From Pelomyxa schiedti (taxonomy: Eukaryota > Protista > Evosea): a stretch of 45,597 nt of DNA. Below the pieces are notes generated by a model. That model worked only from the letters and a program-made list of their open reading frames with translations. It did not search any database and had not been told where the DNA came from. Shown one piece after another: positions 24,608-36,351 of the stretch. How positions within the stretch are numbered: the first letter of the stretch is position 1; each line of letters opens with the position of its first letter. A program made the position numbers and the translations under genes. The stretch covers positions 1 through 45,597 of the forward strand of contig JAHLWZ010000431.1 in NCBI GenBank assembly GCA_020536535.1, in the 5' to 3' direction.

Positions 24608-26303
24608 TTAAAGGAGGTCAGTGCGGAGTAACACGGCAGTGAAGTTCTCACCAGTCACAACGTCGAGGCATGACCCAGGTGGAACCCACGGCACAACTTC
24701 TGGACTGACACCACACTCGAAGCTGGGGCACTGCCCCCAGTGAACACGTCGCCATCTCGTGTCAAAGCAGCGTAGTGGTGCTGCATGGGTTCACAGTAGT
24801 CCGCGCCAGCGCACACCTTGCACAGTGCGTCGATGTGGCGCGGGAATCGGAAGTAAGTCATGTCGTGGTCGGGGTTGCTGGGGTGCACTTCCATCAGGCT
24901 CTGTGATGTCAACCACAGCGACGGTATGTTGCCGTCTGCGGCGCGCAGCACTCTCTCGCCGTCGCGGAGGCTGTGGCTGAAGGTCTGCCCTCCTTCGGCT
25001 AGTATTTGGGCACCGCCGGACTTCATTATCAGGGTCACTGTGCCCCATGCTCCGGTTCCCAGGCTCTTAACGCCAGTCGTGACTTGCAGCATGTTTTCCT
25101 GTTTTCAGTTGATTGGAAATTGGTGATTGGGCAATGACATAACATAGGTTCCCTCATTTGTTTGCCACACAATTCCACCCTCAGTGAGAATAACAATGTG
25201 AAACAATCTCAGCTCCAGCTGTTTCACATTGGAAACGCTCAGCTGGCATCAGTATTAATTATGTTAGCTAACATAAAAGCAGTATTATGATGAAATGAAG
25301 AAACCTGTATTATTGACAAAGGACCACGTGTTGAACAGAACGCCTTTTGGTTTGAATCAATCAATCCTGAGTTCGCAGTCAGTCTCTTGTGTTTGGTGGA
25401 TTGGAGACCAACCAAAAGAGTGATGAGAACACGAAATATGTCTCGGAGGCCATTTGAACGTTGATGGAAGGAGTGAGCTTACGTCCTTTGGTGCATCCCC
25501 TTTGAAATCTTCACACTCATTAAATTAATTTAACGAGGTTGCAGTTACGCGCTCACCAATGTCCAAATCACCCCATAAGAAAAGTTGTCTTTCTGTTGTC
25601 GCAACAACCATGTGATACTGTCCGGCTCCCATCATGATCACCTGAATTATTATTCCCCCCCACCCCAATCCATCCAAGGAGGTTAAAAACAATGCAACTT
25701 GTTACCGCTTGAATACCTTGGTGTTTCCAAGTGGTGACACAGGAGAAGAGGTGTCCTCTGATTGCTTTCCGAGTCTGAACCTTGAACCTCGGCCAAAAGT
25801 GAATAAATATCTGTCCCCGACTTAGAGGAGTAATTTACCAACAACAATAGCACACACCCAGGCCTTCTAGGTACCCACACAGGTCTTTCCACCAAACGTC
25901 GCAGCACATCCCTTGGTGTCACTGCCATTCCATTTCCATTCCAATTGCTGTCCCCAGAGTTTTGGCATTCACTGGTTTCCACACCATTGTCATTGTTGTA
26001 TTGCTCAAGCAAGACGTACCACAGCGACGACGTGGGGCTAGCGGCGAGGTCCGCAAAGCAACGGCACGTGCACACAAGAGACACAAAGTCAAACCCACAC
26101 CCGGACCTGAAGGCCGCCGCGAGAATCGCGACGAGCGCAGGCTCGGGCAGCATCGAAAACGACGCCGTAGTCGTTGTCCCCATGGTGGTTGTGGGTTTCG
26201 TCGCCGTACCGGGAGGCGTTGTAGAGGGCCACAAACTCGACAACAATTCGACGTATCGGATGACACTCGACATTCTTTTCTTGGAAGCCACGATGGTGCC
26301 CAT
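24608..26303 (-). pseudogene. F-box-like + RCC1-repeat copy B, 1-nt deletion near 24739
   Basis: Same exon set as copy A. FTWGQC of the paralogs reads FTGGSA; correcting one base restores PWVPPGSCLDVVTGENFTAVLLRTDLL*. Confidence 0.8.
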
Positions 26304-26381
26304 TTCCCTAATTTCTGGTTTTTTTGTTCCTGGTAGTTACAACAGAAGAGGGAACGAGGCCTACTATAACATGTTTTTTCT

Positions 26382-28061
26382 TCAAGATAAGCCTGTATGG
26401 TTGACGGTTAGTAACACAGCAGTGAAGTTCTCACCAGTCACAACGTCCAGGCATGATCCACGTGGAACCCACGGCACAGCCCCTGGAGCTTTCACTGTTC
26501 CGCGGTTGGGCACACCACACTCGAAGCTGGGGCACTGCCCCCACGTCAGCACATCGCCATCACGTGTCAATGCGGCATAGTGCTGTGTTGGTTCAGTGTA
26601 GTCGGAACCAGCACACACCTTGCACAGTGCAAGATCATGGTGGCTGTGCAGTTGTTCACAGGCAGGTGGTGTGGTTGTTTCCGTTGCTGTTTTTGTGTTG
26701 AATGGGGGGTACCTCTCTTCTTCGAGGTTGCCCTGATTCACCTTCACCACACCGTGTGATGTCAACCACAGGGAGCTGGTGTTGCCGTCGGCAGCATGCA
26801 GCACTCGCTCACCGTCGCGGAGTCTATGCTTGAGGAGGCCACCATCTTCAGAAAGCATTTGTGCAGTGCCGTACCTCATTATCAGGGTCACCATGTCCCA
26901 TGCTCCAATTCCCAGGCTCTTCACATCAGTTGTGACTTGTTGAATGGGTATAAAGGGAAAGAGATCCTCAGTTGTTTGCCACACAGTGCCATTCTCAGTG
27001 AGAACAACAGTGTGAAACGCTCTCATCTCCAGCTGTTTCACATTGGAAAGGCTCATCTATCATGAAGAGTGTTAATAACTGAACAGCAGACAACATGACA
27101 CACTTGTTGAATTGAAAAAGGTGGCTCTGAAGTGCGGAATGCGTTTTTGTTTGCATCAACCAATCCTGAGTTTGTTGTCAGAGTGCGCGGTTGGGGTGTG
27201 AGCGGAACAAACCAAATGAGTGATGAGCACACGAAATTTGTCTTGGAGGCCACTTGAACTCTGATGGAAGCATAGATGTGATGTCTCTGGGCCCATCTTC
27301 AAAATCACCCATGGTTAAATCACCCCACAAGAAAAGTTTTTTTTCTGTTGTGGCAACGACCATGTGATACTCTCCAGCTCCGATCATGAATACCTGCACA
27401 CACAAGTTAAGTGCAGTTGTCACTTGAGTCTTGAAATGTGGCATTTACCTTGGTGCTGTTTCCAAGTGGCGACACAGGAGAGGCTGTATCCTGTGATGAT
27501 TTTCCAAGTCTGCCCCTTGAGCCTCGTCCAAACGTGAACAAGTAGCTGTTTAAAACATTAGCCCACATAATGCAACTCAAAAATTTGAGTGATAGTGGAC
27601 ACACACCCAGGCCTTTTTGGGAGCCACACAGGGCGTTCCACCAAATCCCGCAGCACATCCCTTGGTGTCACAACCACCACCCCAACCCCATTTCCATTTC
27701 CAGTGCTGTATTCACTGGTGGCTGGCACATCAGTCTCAAGTCCATTGTCATTGCTGTATTGCTCAAGCAACACGTACCACAGCGGCGCCGTGGGGCTCGC
27801 GGCGAGGTCAGCAAAGCAACGGCACGTGCACACAAGAGACACAAAGTCAAACCCACACCCGGACCTGAAGGCGGCCGCGAGAATCGCGACGAGCGCAGGC
27901 TCGGGCAGCATCGAAAACGACGCCGCAGTCGTTGTCGCCATGGTGGTTGTGGGTTTCGTCGGTGCCATGTCGATGTGTTTGGTGTGCCGAACTGGGGGTG
28001 TTGTAGAAGGTGACCATAAACTCGACAGCAATTGGACTCCGTGTCGGATGGCACCGGACAT
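26382..28061 (-). CDS. F-box-like + RCC1-repeat protein, copy C (apparently intact, 5 exons)
   Basis: FSMLPEPALVAILAAAF..TCR..LW; YLFTFGRGSRGRLG; VFMIGAGEYHMVVAT; last exon is ORF 26382..27056. Splices in frame. Confidence 0.82.
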
Positions 28062-28094
28062 CTTTTTTGATCAAGCTTTTTTTTTTTAAAGAGC

Positions 28095-29751
28095 TTAAAG
28101 GAGGTCAGTGCGGAGTAACACGGCAGTGAAGTTCTCACCGGTCACAACGTCGAGGCATGATCCACGTGGAACCCACGGCACAACCCCTGGAGCTTCCACT
28201 GCAGTGCACATGGGCACACCACACTCGAAGCTGGGGCAATCGCCCCACGTGAACACGTCGCCGTGGCGCGTCAGTGCAGCGTACTGCTGTGTTGGTTCAG
28301 TGTAGTCCCCACCAGCACACACCTTGCACAGTGCATGTTCTTGGGTGCTGTGCCGCTGTTCACAGGCAGTTGGTGTTGTTGTTGCGGGTGGGGGGTACCT
28401 CTTCTCGTCTGCGAGGTTTCTCTGGTTCACTTCCACCACACCGTGTGATGTCAACCACAGGGATTTGACGTTGCCGTCAGCAGCATGCAGCACTCTCTCA
28501 CCGTCGAGGAGGCTGAAGAGGTCGCCATCTTCAGAAAGTAGTTGGGCACCGCCGGACTTCATTATCAGGGTCGCCATGTCCCATGCCCCAATTCCCAGGC
28601 TCTTCACATCAGTTGTGACTTGTTGAATGGGTAAAAAGGGAAATGTCAGCTTCTTTGTTTGCCAAACGGTGCCATCATCAGTGAGAACAACAGTGTGAAA
28701 CGCTCTCATCTCCAACTGTTTCACATTGGAAAGACTCATCTGGAAGAGTGTTAATAACTGAACAGCAGACAACATGACACACACCTGTTTTATTGACAAA
28801 GGTACCTCTGATGAGCAGAATGCGTTTTTGTTTGAATCAACCAATCCTGAGTTTGTTGTCAGCGTATGTGGGTTGAGGTGTGGGCAACCGAATGAATGAT
28901 GAGCACACGAAATTTGTCTTGGAGGCCACTTGAACTCCGATGGAAGCAGTGATGTGATATCTATGGGCTCATCATTGTTCTCAATCATGGACAGATTACC
29001 CCACAAGAAAAGTTTTTTTCCTGTTGTGGCAACAACCATGTGATACTCTCCAGCTCCGATCATGAATACCTGCACACACAAGTTAATAATAAATATTTAT
29101 TAGTGCAGTTCCCACTTGAGTCTTGAAATGTGGAATCTACCTTGGTGCTTCCAAGTGGCGACACAGGAGAGGCTGTATCCTGTGATAATTTTCCAAGTCT
29201 GCCCGCTGATCCTCGTCCAAATGTGAACAAGTAGCTGTTTAAATCTTAAATATTAGCCGACGGGATCGGTTTTCCCTCAAAGTAGTAATATTTATTATTA
29301 ATGATTATTATAATAGATCGAGTGTTACACACAGACACAACCAATAACAACAGCACACACCCGGGCATTTTTGGTACCCAAAAGGGGCGGGCCATCAAAT
29401 CCTGCAGTGCATCCCTTGGTGTCACCGCCATCACATTCCCATTTCCATTTCCCCTGACTCCTTCTTGTTCTTGTTGTTGTTGGTGTGACGATGTTCCTCG
29501 GTAGCTCACATCATTGCTGTCGGATCTGCCAACGAGTCCGCGCCTTGGTATTCCGCCAGCAACACGCACCACAGCGACGACGTTGGGCTCGTGGCGAGAT
29601 CGGCGACGCGTCGGCACGTGCACAAGAGTGACACGAAGTCGGAGCCAGAGCCTGGCCTGAAAGCAGCTGCGAGAATCGCGAGGAGTGCCGGGTCCGGCAA
29701 CGTAGAAAACGACGTTGCAGCATTACTCTCTGCCGTTGTTGCGGTGGACAT
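28095..29751 (-). pseudogene. F-box-like + RCC1-repeat copy D, frameshift in exon 1 (~29510-29560)
   Basis: F-box-like segment lies in ORF 29506..29760 but the conserved VTPRDAL..RP.WVPK.PG lies in ORF 29246..29623 (other frame); RCC1 exons intact (28095..29081). Confidence 0.78.
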
Positions 29752-29858
29752 CTGGCACAACCGTTAGTTGCTTTTTAACGTTTCGAATTTGATTGATGGG
29801 AAAGAAGCTGTTTGGCGCTGTTGTTTACCATGGAACACTCCAGGGGCAGATCGAGAGT

Positions 29859-31524
29859 TCAGAGATTTTTCTTCAAACGAAATAGATGCAGGTCCAAGGG
29901 CTTGTTCACGTTTAGTAACACAGCAGTGAAGTTCTCACCAGTGACAACGTCGAGGCATGACCCACGTGGAACCCACGGCACAACCCCTGGAGCTGCCACT
30001 ACCCTCGTTCTTACACCACACTCGAAGCTGGGGCACTGGCCCCAAGTGAACACGTCCCCACAGCGGGTCAGTACAGCGTAGTGCTGTGTTGGCTCCGCGT
30101 AGTCCGCGCCAGCACACACCTTGCATGGTGCACTATGCAAGGCAGGCGGTGGTGTCGTTGTTGCTGCTGGTGGTGGTGTTGTTGCCGCGAATGGGGGGTA
30201 CCTCTTCTCGAAGGAGTCGAGGTTGTTGTGGTTCACCTCCACCACACCGTGTGATGTCAACCACAGGGATCTGGGTTTGCCGTCGGCAGCACGCAGCACT
30301 CTCTCGCCGTCGCGGAGGCTGTGGCTGAAGAGGTTCCCGCCTTCAGATAGTTTTTGGGCACCGCCGGACTTCATTATCAGGGTCACTGTGCCCCATGCTC
30401 CGGTTCCCAGGCTCTTAACGCCAGTTGTGACTTGCCACACAGTGCCATCATCAGTGAGGACAACCGTGTGAAACGCTCTCATCTCCAGCTGTTTCACATT
30501 GGAAAGACAGATCTGGAAGAGTGTTAATAACTGAACAGCAGCGGACATAACTTAGATAACGAGACACACCTGGTTTATTGACAAAGGTCGCTCTGATGAG
30601 CGGAAGGCTTTTTTGTTTGAATCAACCAATCCTGAGTTTCCTTGTCAGAGAGGAGTTGGGGTGTGAGTGGATACCAACCAAATGAGTGATGAGAGCACGA
30701 AATTTGTCGTGGAGGCCACTTGAACTCTGGTGGAAGCAGTGATGTGATATCTCTGGGCCCAACATTGGTCTCACCCATGTTTAAATAACCCCACAAGAAA
30801 AGTTTTTTTTCTGTTGTGGCAACAACCATGTGATACTGTCCGGCCCCCATCATGAATACCTGCACACACAAATCAACATGACTTGAATAGGAAATATCTA
30901 CCTTGGTGCTGTTTCCAAGAGGTGACACAGGAGAGGCGGTATCCTCTGAAGATTGTCCAAGTCTGCCCCGTGAACCTCGTCCAAACGTGAACAAGAACCT
31001 GTTTAAATGTTAGTTACGTGGTTATCCCAATTTAATACAGCTATAGTTGCGCCACGACTGCGCTCCACATTTTTCATTAAACCTGTGTGTGACACACACA
31101 GACACACCCGGGTGTTTTTGGGAACCACACGGGGCGTTCCACCAAATCCCGCAGCGCATCCCTTGGTGTCACAACCACCATCCCATTCCCATTTCCCCCA
31201 CTGGCTTCCTGTTGTTGTTGTTGTGATGAATCGCAATGGCATCGGGTGGTGGTGCAAGATGACGGTTCTCCGCAATCGATTGCGATGAGGCTGCCGTGTA
31301 TCATCGAGTAGGCGCCGGTGCACTGTTGCTGCTCCGTCTGACTCGAAAGCAGCGGCGAGAATGGCGATGAGTGCCGGCTCGGGCAACGTCGAAAACGTTG
31401 TTGTTTCGGTGGTACTACTCGAAGAGGGTGCCGGCAGTTGCTCTGGAGGCGGTGCACCGGTTGTTGTACCCACGAGCACAGTGGGTTCTTCCCGTACTGG
31501 TTTTAAACGGTAACGAGAAGACAT
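29859..31524 (-). pseudogene. F-box-like + RCC1-repeat copy E, frameshifting deletion of the F-box core
   Basis: FSTLPEPALIAILAAAF is followed directly by (other frame) EQQQ..VTPRDALRDLVERPVWFPKTPG; the FVSL.CTCR..LW block is missing. RCC1 exons intact. Confidence 0.78.
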
Positions 31525-31815
31525 CACAATAATTTGAAGGGAAGTTTTTTTATTTTTTGATAGGAGAGAGAGGACGAGCCTCTCCCTCAGTCACAAAAAT
31601 ACGTGATCAAAGCGCATTAGTTGACGACCAGGAGCACGGTTGCTCATTAGTAAAAGGCGAATGACAAAAACGTTATGCGCCTGGCCCTGCGCCGGTGATT
31701 TGTTAAATCAGTCCGCACTTCGATTTTAAAGCAGGGGACAAGGTGCCGAATTATGGTACGAAAAACCGTGTGTTCCCCTAAAGTTCAAAACATCAACGAC
31801 ACAAATTTGTGAGAC

Positions 31816-34800
31816 ATGTCACAAGGGTACGGGGACTACTACGACGACGGCACGGGCGCGTCGGGTTCGTCGGCATACGGAGGATCCTACGACGACTACT
31901 CCTCCTCCTCCGCCTACGACGACTCCTACTCGTCCCCCCAACAACAGGCCCCACCACCTCCACCACCCACAACAGCCACACCCACATCACCCGCTACCAC
32001 CCCCACCACCACCACGACAACTCCTCCTCCGCCTCCACCACAACACCCACCGGCGATGGCATCACCAACATTGGCGGCCCCGCCCCCGCCACGCCCCTCG
32101 CCTCCATCCCTATCTCCATCACCATCACCGTCGCATACACCGCCCAATCTCAATCCCACTCCCACTCCGACCACGGCCACGCCGACGGCGGCGGCGGTCG
32201 CTCCCACGGGGCCGCCTGCTCAGCCGGCACCAAAAGTGGGGGTGCCACCTGTGACCACCACTGCAAGAGGGAGAGGTTGTGCGCGTGTGTGCGTGCGTGT
32301 GACTGTGCGTGCGCGTGTGTGTAGTACTTGTTTGGCTGTTGTTGTTTTGTTGTTTTGTTGTTGTTGTTGCTGTTGTGGCTATTTATATTTCGAACGTGAA
32401 AATGTGTGTACTTATGCACTTACATTCACAAACGAACAGCACCCCCGGCGCTGATGACACCCAATCGTCTGTCATTGTCTGGGGCACAGTTCCAAGCTTT
32501 CAGACAGGCGGGCGTCATGCCACCCTCAGTTGTTCTCACCAACCCACCCAGTCGCCCTCCGCTGTCCCGCGGCCCTCCCCCGCGCGCGGCGCCTCCCGCG
32601 CGGAGTGCTGTCCAGCCCCCTTCTCCCGCTGTAATTCCTCCTCATACTACTGCTGATTCTACGCCTACTCCTAGTCCTGTTACTAGTTCCGACCATGGAA
32701 ATGATGAATACGGCAGCAGCGCAGCTACTCCCCCTCCTCATCGGCCTGTCACAACGTCTCTGCCTCCCCGCTTGCCTCCAGGGACCCGCGCCCCTCCTGG
32801 CACTGACACTGCCAGCAGACCACCGGTAGGCCCACCAGGCATCTGTCAAAGAGGGAGAATTGGGGCCCCAAAAGTTCCCACAGACCAGGAAACTTCCACT
32901 AATACACCCCCGGAGCAAGCCGCACCGCTTCCCACACGAGAACGATCCAACTCCAACCCAACACCTCCAGGTATCGCAGCAAATATTTCAGCTTCACCTA
33001 CAACACCAAGTGCTGAGCATACTGATCTCCCTCCTGATATTGGACCGCCACCTCCTCCCCCTGAATCACATGTAGATATTCCTCCCCCCACAGCGAGTGT
33101 CGAAATTCAAGTTCAGCCCCCTTCACACAAAGATGCAGCGTCTCCTCTTGTAAATTCTACCCCAGTCAGAGGACCTCCTCAACGTACCGCTTGTGGTCCC
33201 CCTGGCTCGCAGAATAAATCTGGACCCCCAATTAAATCAGTGATTTACAAGCCAGTGTCAATTGGTGGTGGCCCCCCTTCGAGAGGTCCTCCTTCACGTT
33301 TACCCACAATGCCCACCTCACCTCAACTCCCAACCACAATTCCTGCACCAGTTTCCAATACCGATGCTTATGGTGGCTATGGTGACTATGGTGACTTCAA
33401 TGCTTCTTCAACCGCTGATTATGGGTATGGAGGTTCGGACAACCTCTCTGTTACCCCTTCTCTCACAACACCACCTTCACTACCAAGTACTACCTCTCAG
33501 GAGCCTTCATTACCTTCAACTACATGTGAAAAGGGACCGCCTACATCTGAAACAACATCTTCCACAACAGAATGCACTGCCTCCCCGCCTTCACCAAAAC
33601 CTCTGCCACTTTCAGGTCCTGCAAGCAATCCGCCTGCCAAAAAAGGGCCTCCAGCTAGAGCTACATCAACCCCTGTGCAGCAAACCACAGCTACCATGGC
33701 TCCAACAACACCAGATGGGTACAATGATAGCACCAATGGAGTTGGTGACACCAATAGTTATGATTTGTACAACTATGACTCCTCTAGTGGTGCCAACTAC
33801 GGTGGATATGGAGACGGAAATTATGGCTCTGGTGATTCAAGTTACGGGTCCAACTGTGGCGAGAATACCACTAGTTCCTATGGGCAAGTAGGGCATTCAA
33901 TGACTGACTATGGCACTGTTACAGCCCCAACTATAGTACCAAAAATGATACCCACAATAAACTCACGACCCCCGAGTTTGACCCCCGTTCTACTTGCAAA
34001 GCGTAGCACATCACCCGGAAGTACAACTGTAACCACCAGGAATCCACCAAACAGGCGCGCCTCAATGCCGGCCGAGGTTTTAGCGGCTGAATTAGCAAAA
34101 GCACACTCCCTTTCACCACCATCGAGTCCCGCCATACCAGCGACTAAGCCCCCTGTGACTGCCACAAGTGGCAGCTCTCTACTTCCCGGACTACCCAAAA
34201 ATCCAACTGCTCCAACTCCAGCTTGTAAAGCGGGACCCCCAGCACGCAGAGCGTCTATTGCCTTGGATACATCTCTCAACAGACCCAAAAGCTGGGGACC
34301 ATATGATCAAGAAGTTGCGTCCTATAACCCCAGTGAATATGGTATTTAGGCTTTATTTTAATTTTAACGTGGTTCTGAGTTTCCTTCGTAGGAGAAATAA
34401 CTCCTTCCCCTCTTGCCAATAATGAACAAGGTGTTCCACCTGACCTTCCATCAAACACAACAACCCCCTCTGGCCCTCTACCTACAGCATCCCCACCAAA
34501 CATCAACGCCATACACCCTCAGCCAAGTAACAATCCACCAACAGATGTTCCACCACCAGGTACACCAGATGCTTCCTCTAGATACCTCTTTGCTGAGCCG
34601 GACACTGCTGATAACATATGTTACCGCACTATTGGTGGGGAAACAAAATTATATGGAGCAACACTTCCCAAACTTGTAGAAAAACTTACTGATGTGACAA
34701 TACCAGGTCTCCATAACTTTTTTTTTGTTGCTCATTATGTCCAGGACCCCAATTTGTGAAATCATTCTTGCTGACATATAAATATTTCTCAAATACCAAG

Positions 34801-36278
34801 GAAATACTTGATTTACTTTCTCTACGTTTCCGCGTTCCAGATTCTTTTGAGTCTCAATTCCGTGAAACAATACAGTTCAGGTAACCAAAACTTTTTTTTT
34901 TTGATTGGTAATTCGAGTAATAGAGTGTGGTTCTTTGTGAAGGAGTGGATAAACAATAGCAGCCAGGATTTCGTCAAGCAACAACCACTTATTGATCAAA
35001 TGACAAGTATAATCGAAATGATGACCGCGTGTCCCACAGAATCTGTGAAAATGGCATCTATGCAGCTCAAGAATACATTCACACATAAGGTTTTGTTTTC
35101 TCGGTTCCTTGAAACTACTCAACAACAAAAGATGCAAGGCCGAGATAGCTCCATGGTTTCGATTTTAAATCCACCCAAGTCATATCACAGTTCATCAGTA
35201 TGGCCGCTCCACACTTTACCTTTAACATGTTTTCCGTAGTATTCCTCCTGGATGGACGTTCACCCAATTGAATTCGCCAGGCAACTAACATTAAGGGAAT
35301 TTGATGTATTTTCGAGAATTAAGCCAACAGAATGCTTTGGGCTTGCTTGGACTAAAAAAGACGCTTCCACCAATTCACCTCACATTCTGCAAATGACCCA
35401 GGAATTCAACAAGGTACGCATTAGCTTGAGATATCTATTCCTCACCATTGGTAGATTGGTACCTGGGTTGTTGCCGCAATTCTCAAGAATCCAAAGGAAA
35501 AGACCAGGCAGAAAGTAATAAAGCAAATCCTAAAAATATGTGGTGCTCTGAAAGATCTTCACAACTATAATGGCTTAATTGCCCTTATATCTGGACTAGG
35601 ATCACGCTCTATTTTGTATGTCTTTAGATACGATTTTTTTCCCCTCACTTTATTCAAGCCGTCTAAAGAAATCTTGGACCGTGTGCCTTTGCCATTTTTG
35701 ATATACTTTTATCTAAGTACTCCACAGGAAAAAACTACTACTGCTTTCAACGAATTTTCGCACCTTCTCGAGAATAACTACCGAGAAATGCGTGAATTAC
35801 TCACCAACACCAACCCACCATGCCTCCCTTATCTCGGAGTATGTTTCAGCTGCGCAGTACTATTCGAATTTACATACAATAGATTTATTTGACTGATCTT
35901 ACATTCATCCAAGAAGGAAACGAGGTACCTGCCTTCGGTTTTTGTGTTTAGGCCACTTATTCCTCTCAACAGGATTGTGTACCAGGAACAAAAAGTTCGG
36001 CTCCCACCCCGCTTCTCTTTGTTTCTCTCTAATTCTATGTACCTCAAGTGATCAACTGGTGGAAGGCAACAATGAATGCTGGAGTTATTCAACAGATACA
36101 ACAATGGCAACAACTCGGCTTTGTAATGAATTCACCTCTTTTCGTGCTTTATTAACCTCTTATCAAGGTATTTTCACCGGTACAAATGATACAGAACATT
36201 ATAGCGGGGCTTGAATCAGACCTCTCTGATGCCGATGCATATCAACTTTCCCTCAAGGTAGAACCGAGAGCTGGTTGA
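31816..36278 (+). CDS. Ras guanine-nucleotide exchange factor (REM + CDC25 domains) with a very long Pro/Ser/Thr-rich N-terminus
   Basis: REM: GATLPKLVEKLT..FVKSFLLTYKYF..RVWFFVKEWI. CDC25: HPIEFARQLTLREFDVFSRIKPTEC, NYNGLIALISGL, PPCLPYLG/IYLTDLTFIQEGN, ending SLKVEPRAG*. Confidence 0.92.
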
Positions 36279-36351
36279 TTTAACCTCTTGTGATAAATGT
36301 TTAAAACAAAACAAAAACATTCTATCAATTGTCAGTTGCGTTTAGTTGTAT

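Noticed and set aside
17561-31524. Diversity-generating retroelement or transposon explanation for the repeated blocks
   Set aside because: No reverse transcriptase, transposase, terminal repeats or adenine-specific variation seen; the repeats are whole intron-containing genes.
32276-32375. (GT/GC)n and (GTT)n tracts giving Cys/Val-rich ORF tails
   Set aside because: Microsatellites within RasGEF intron 1.
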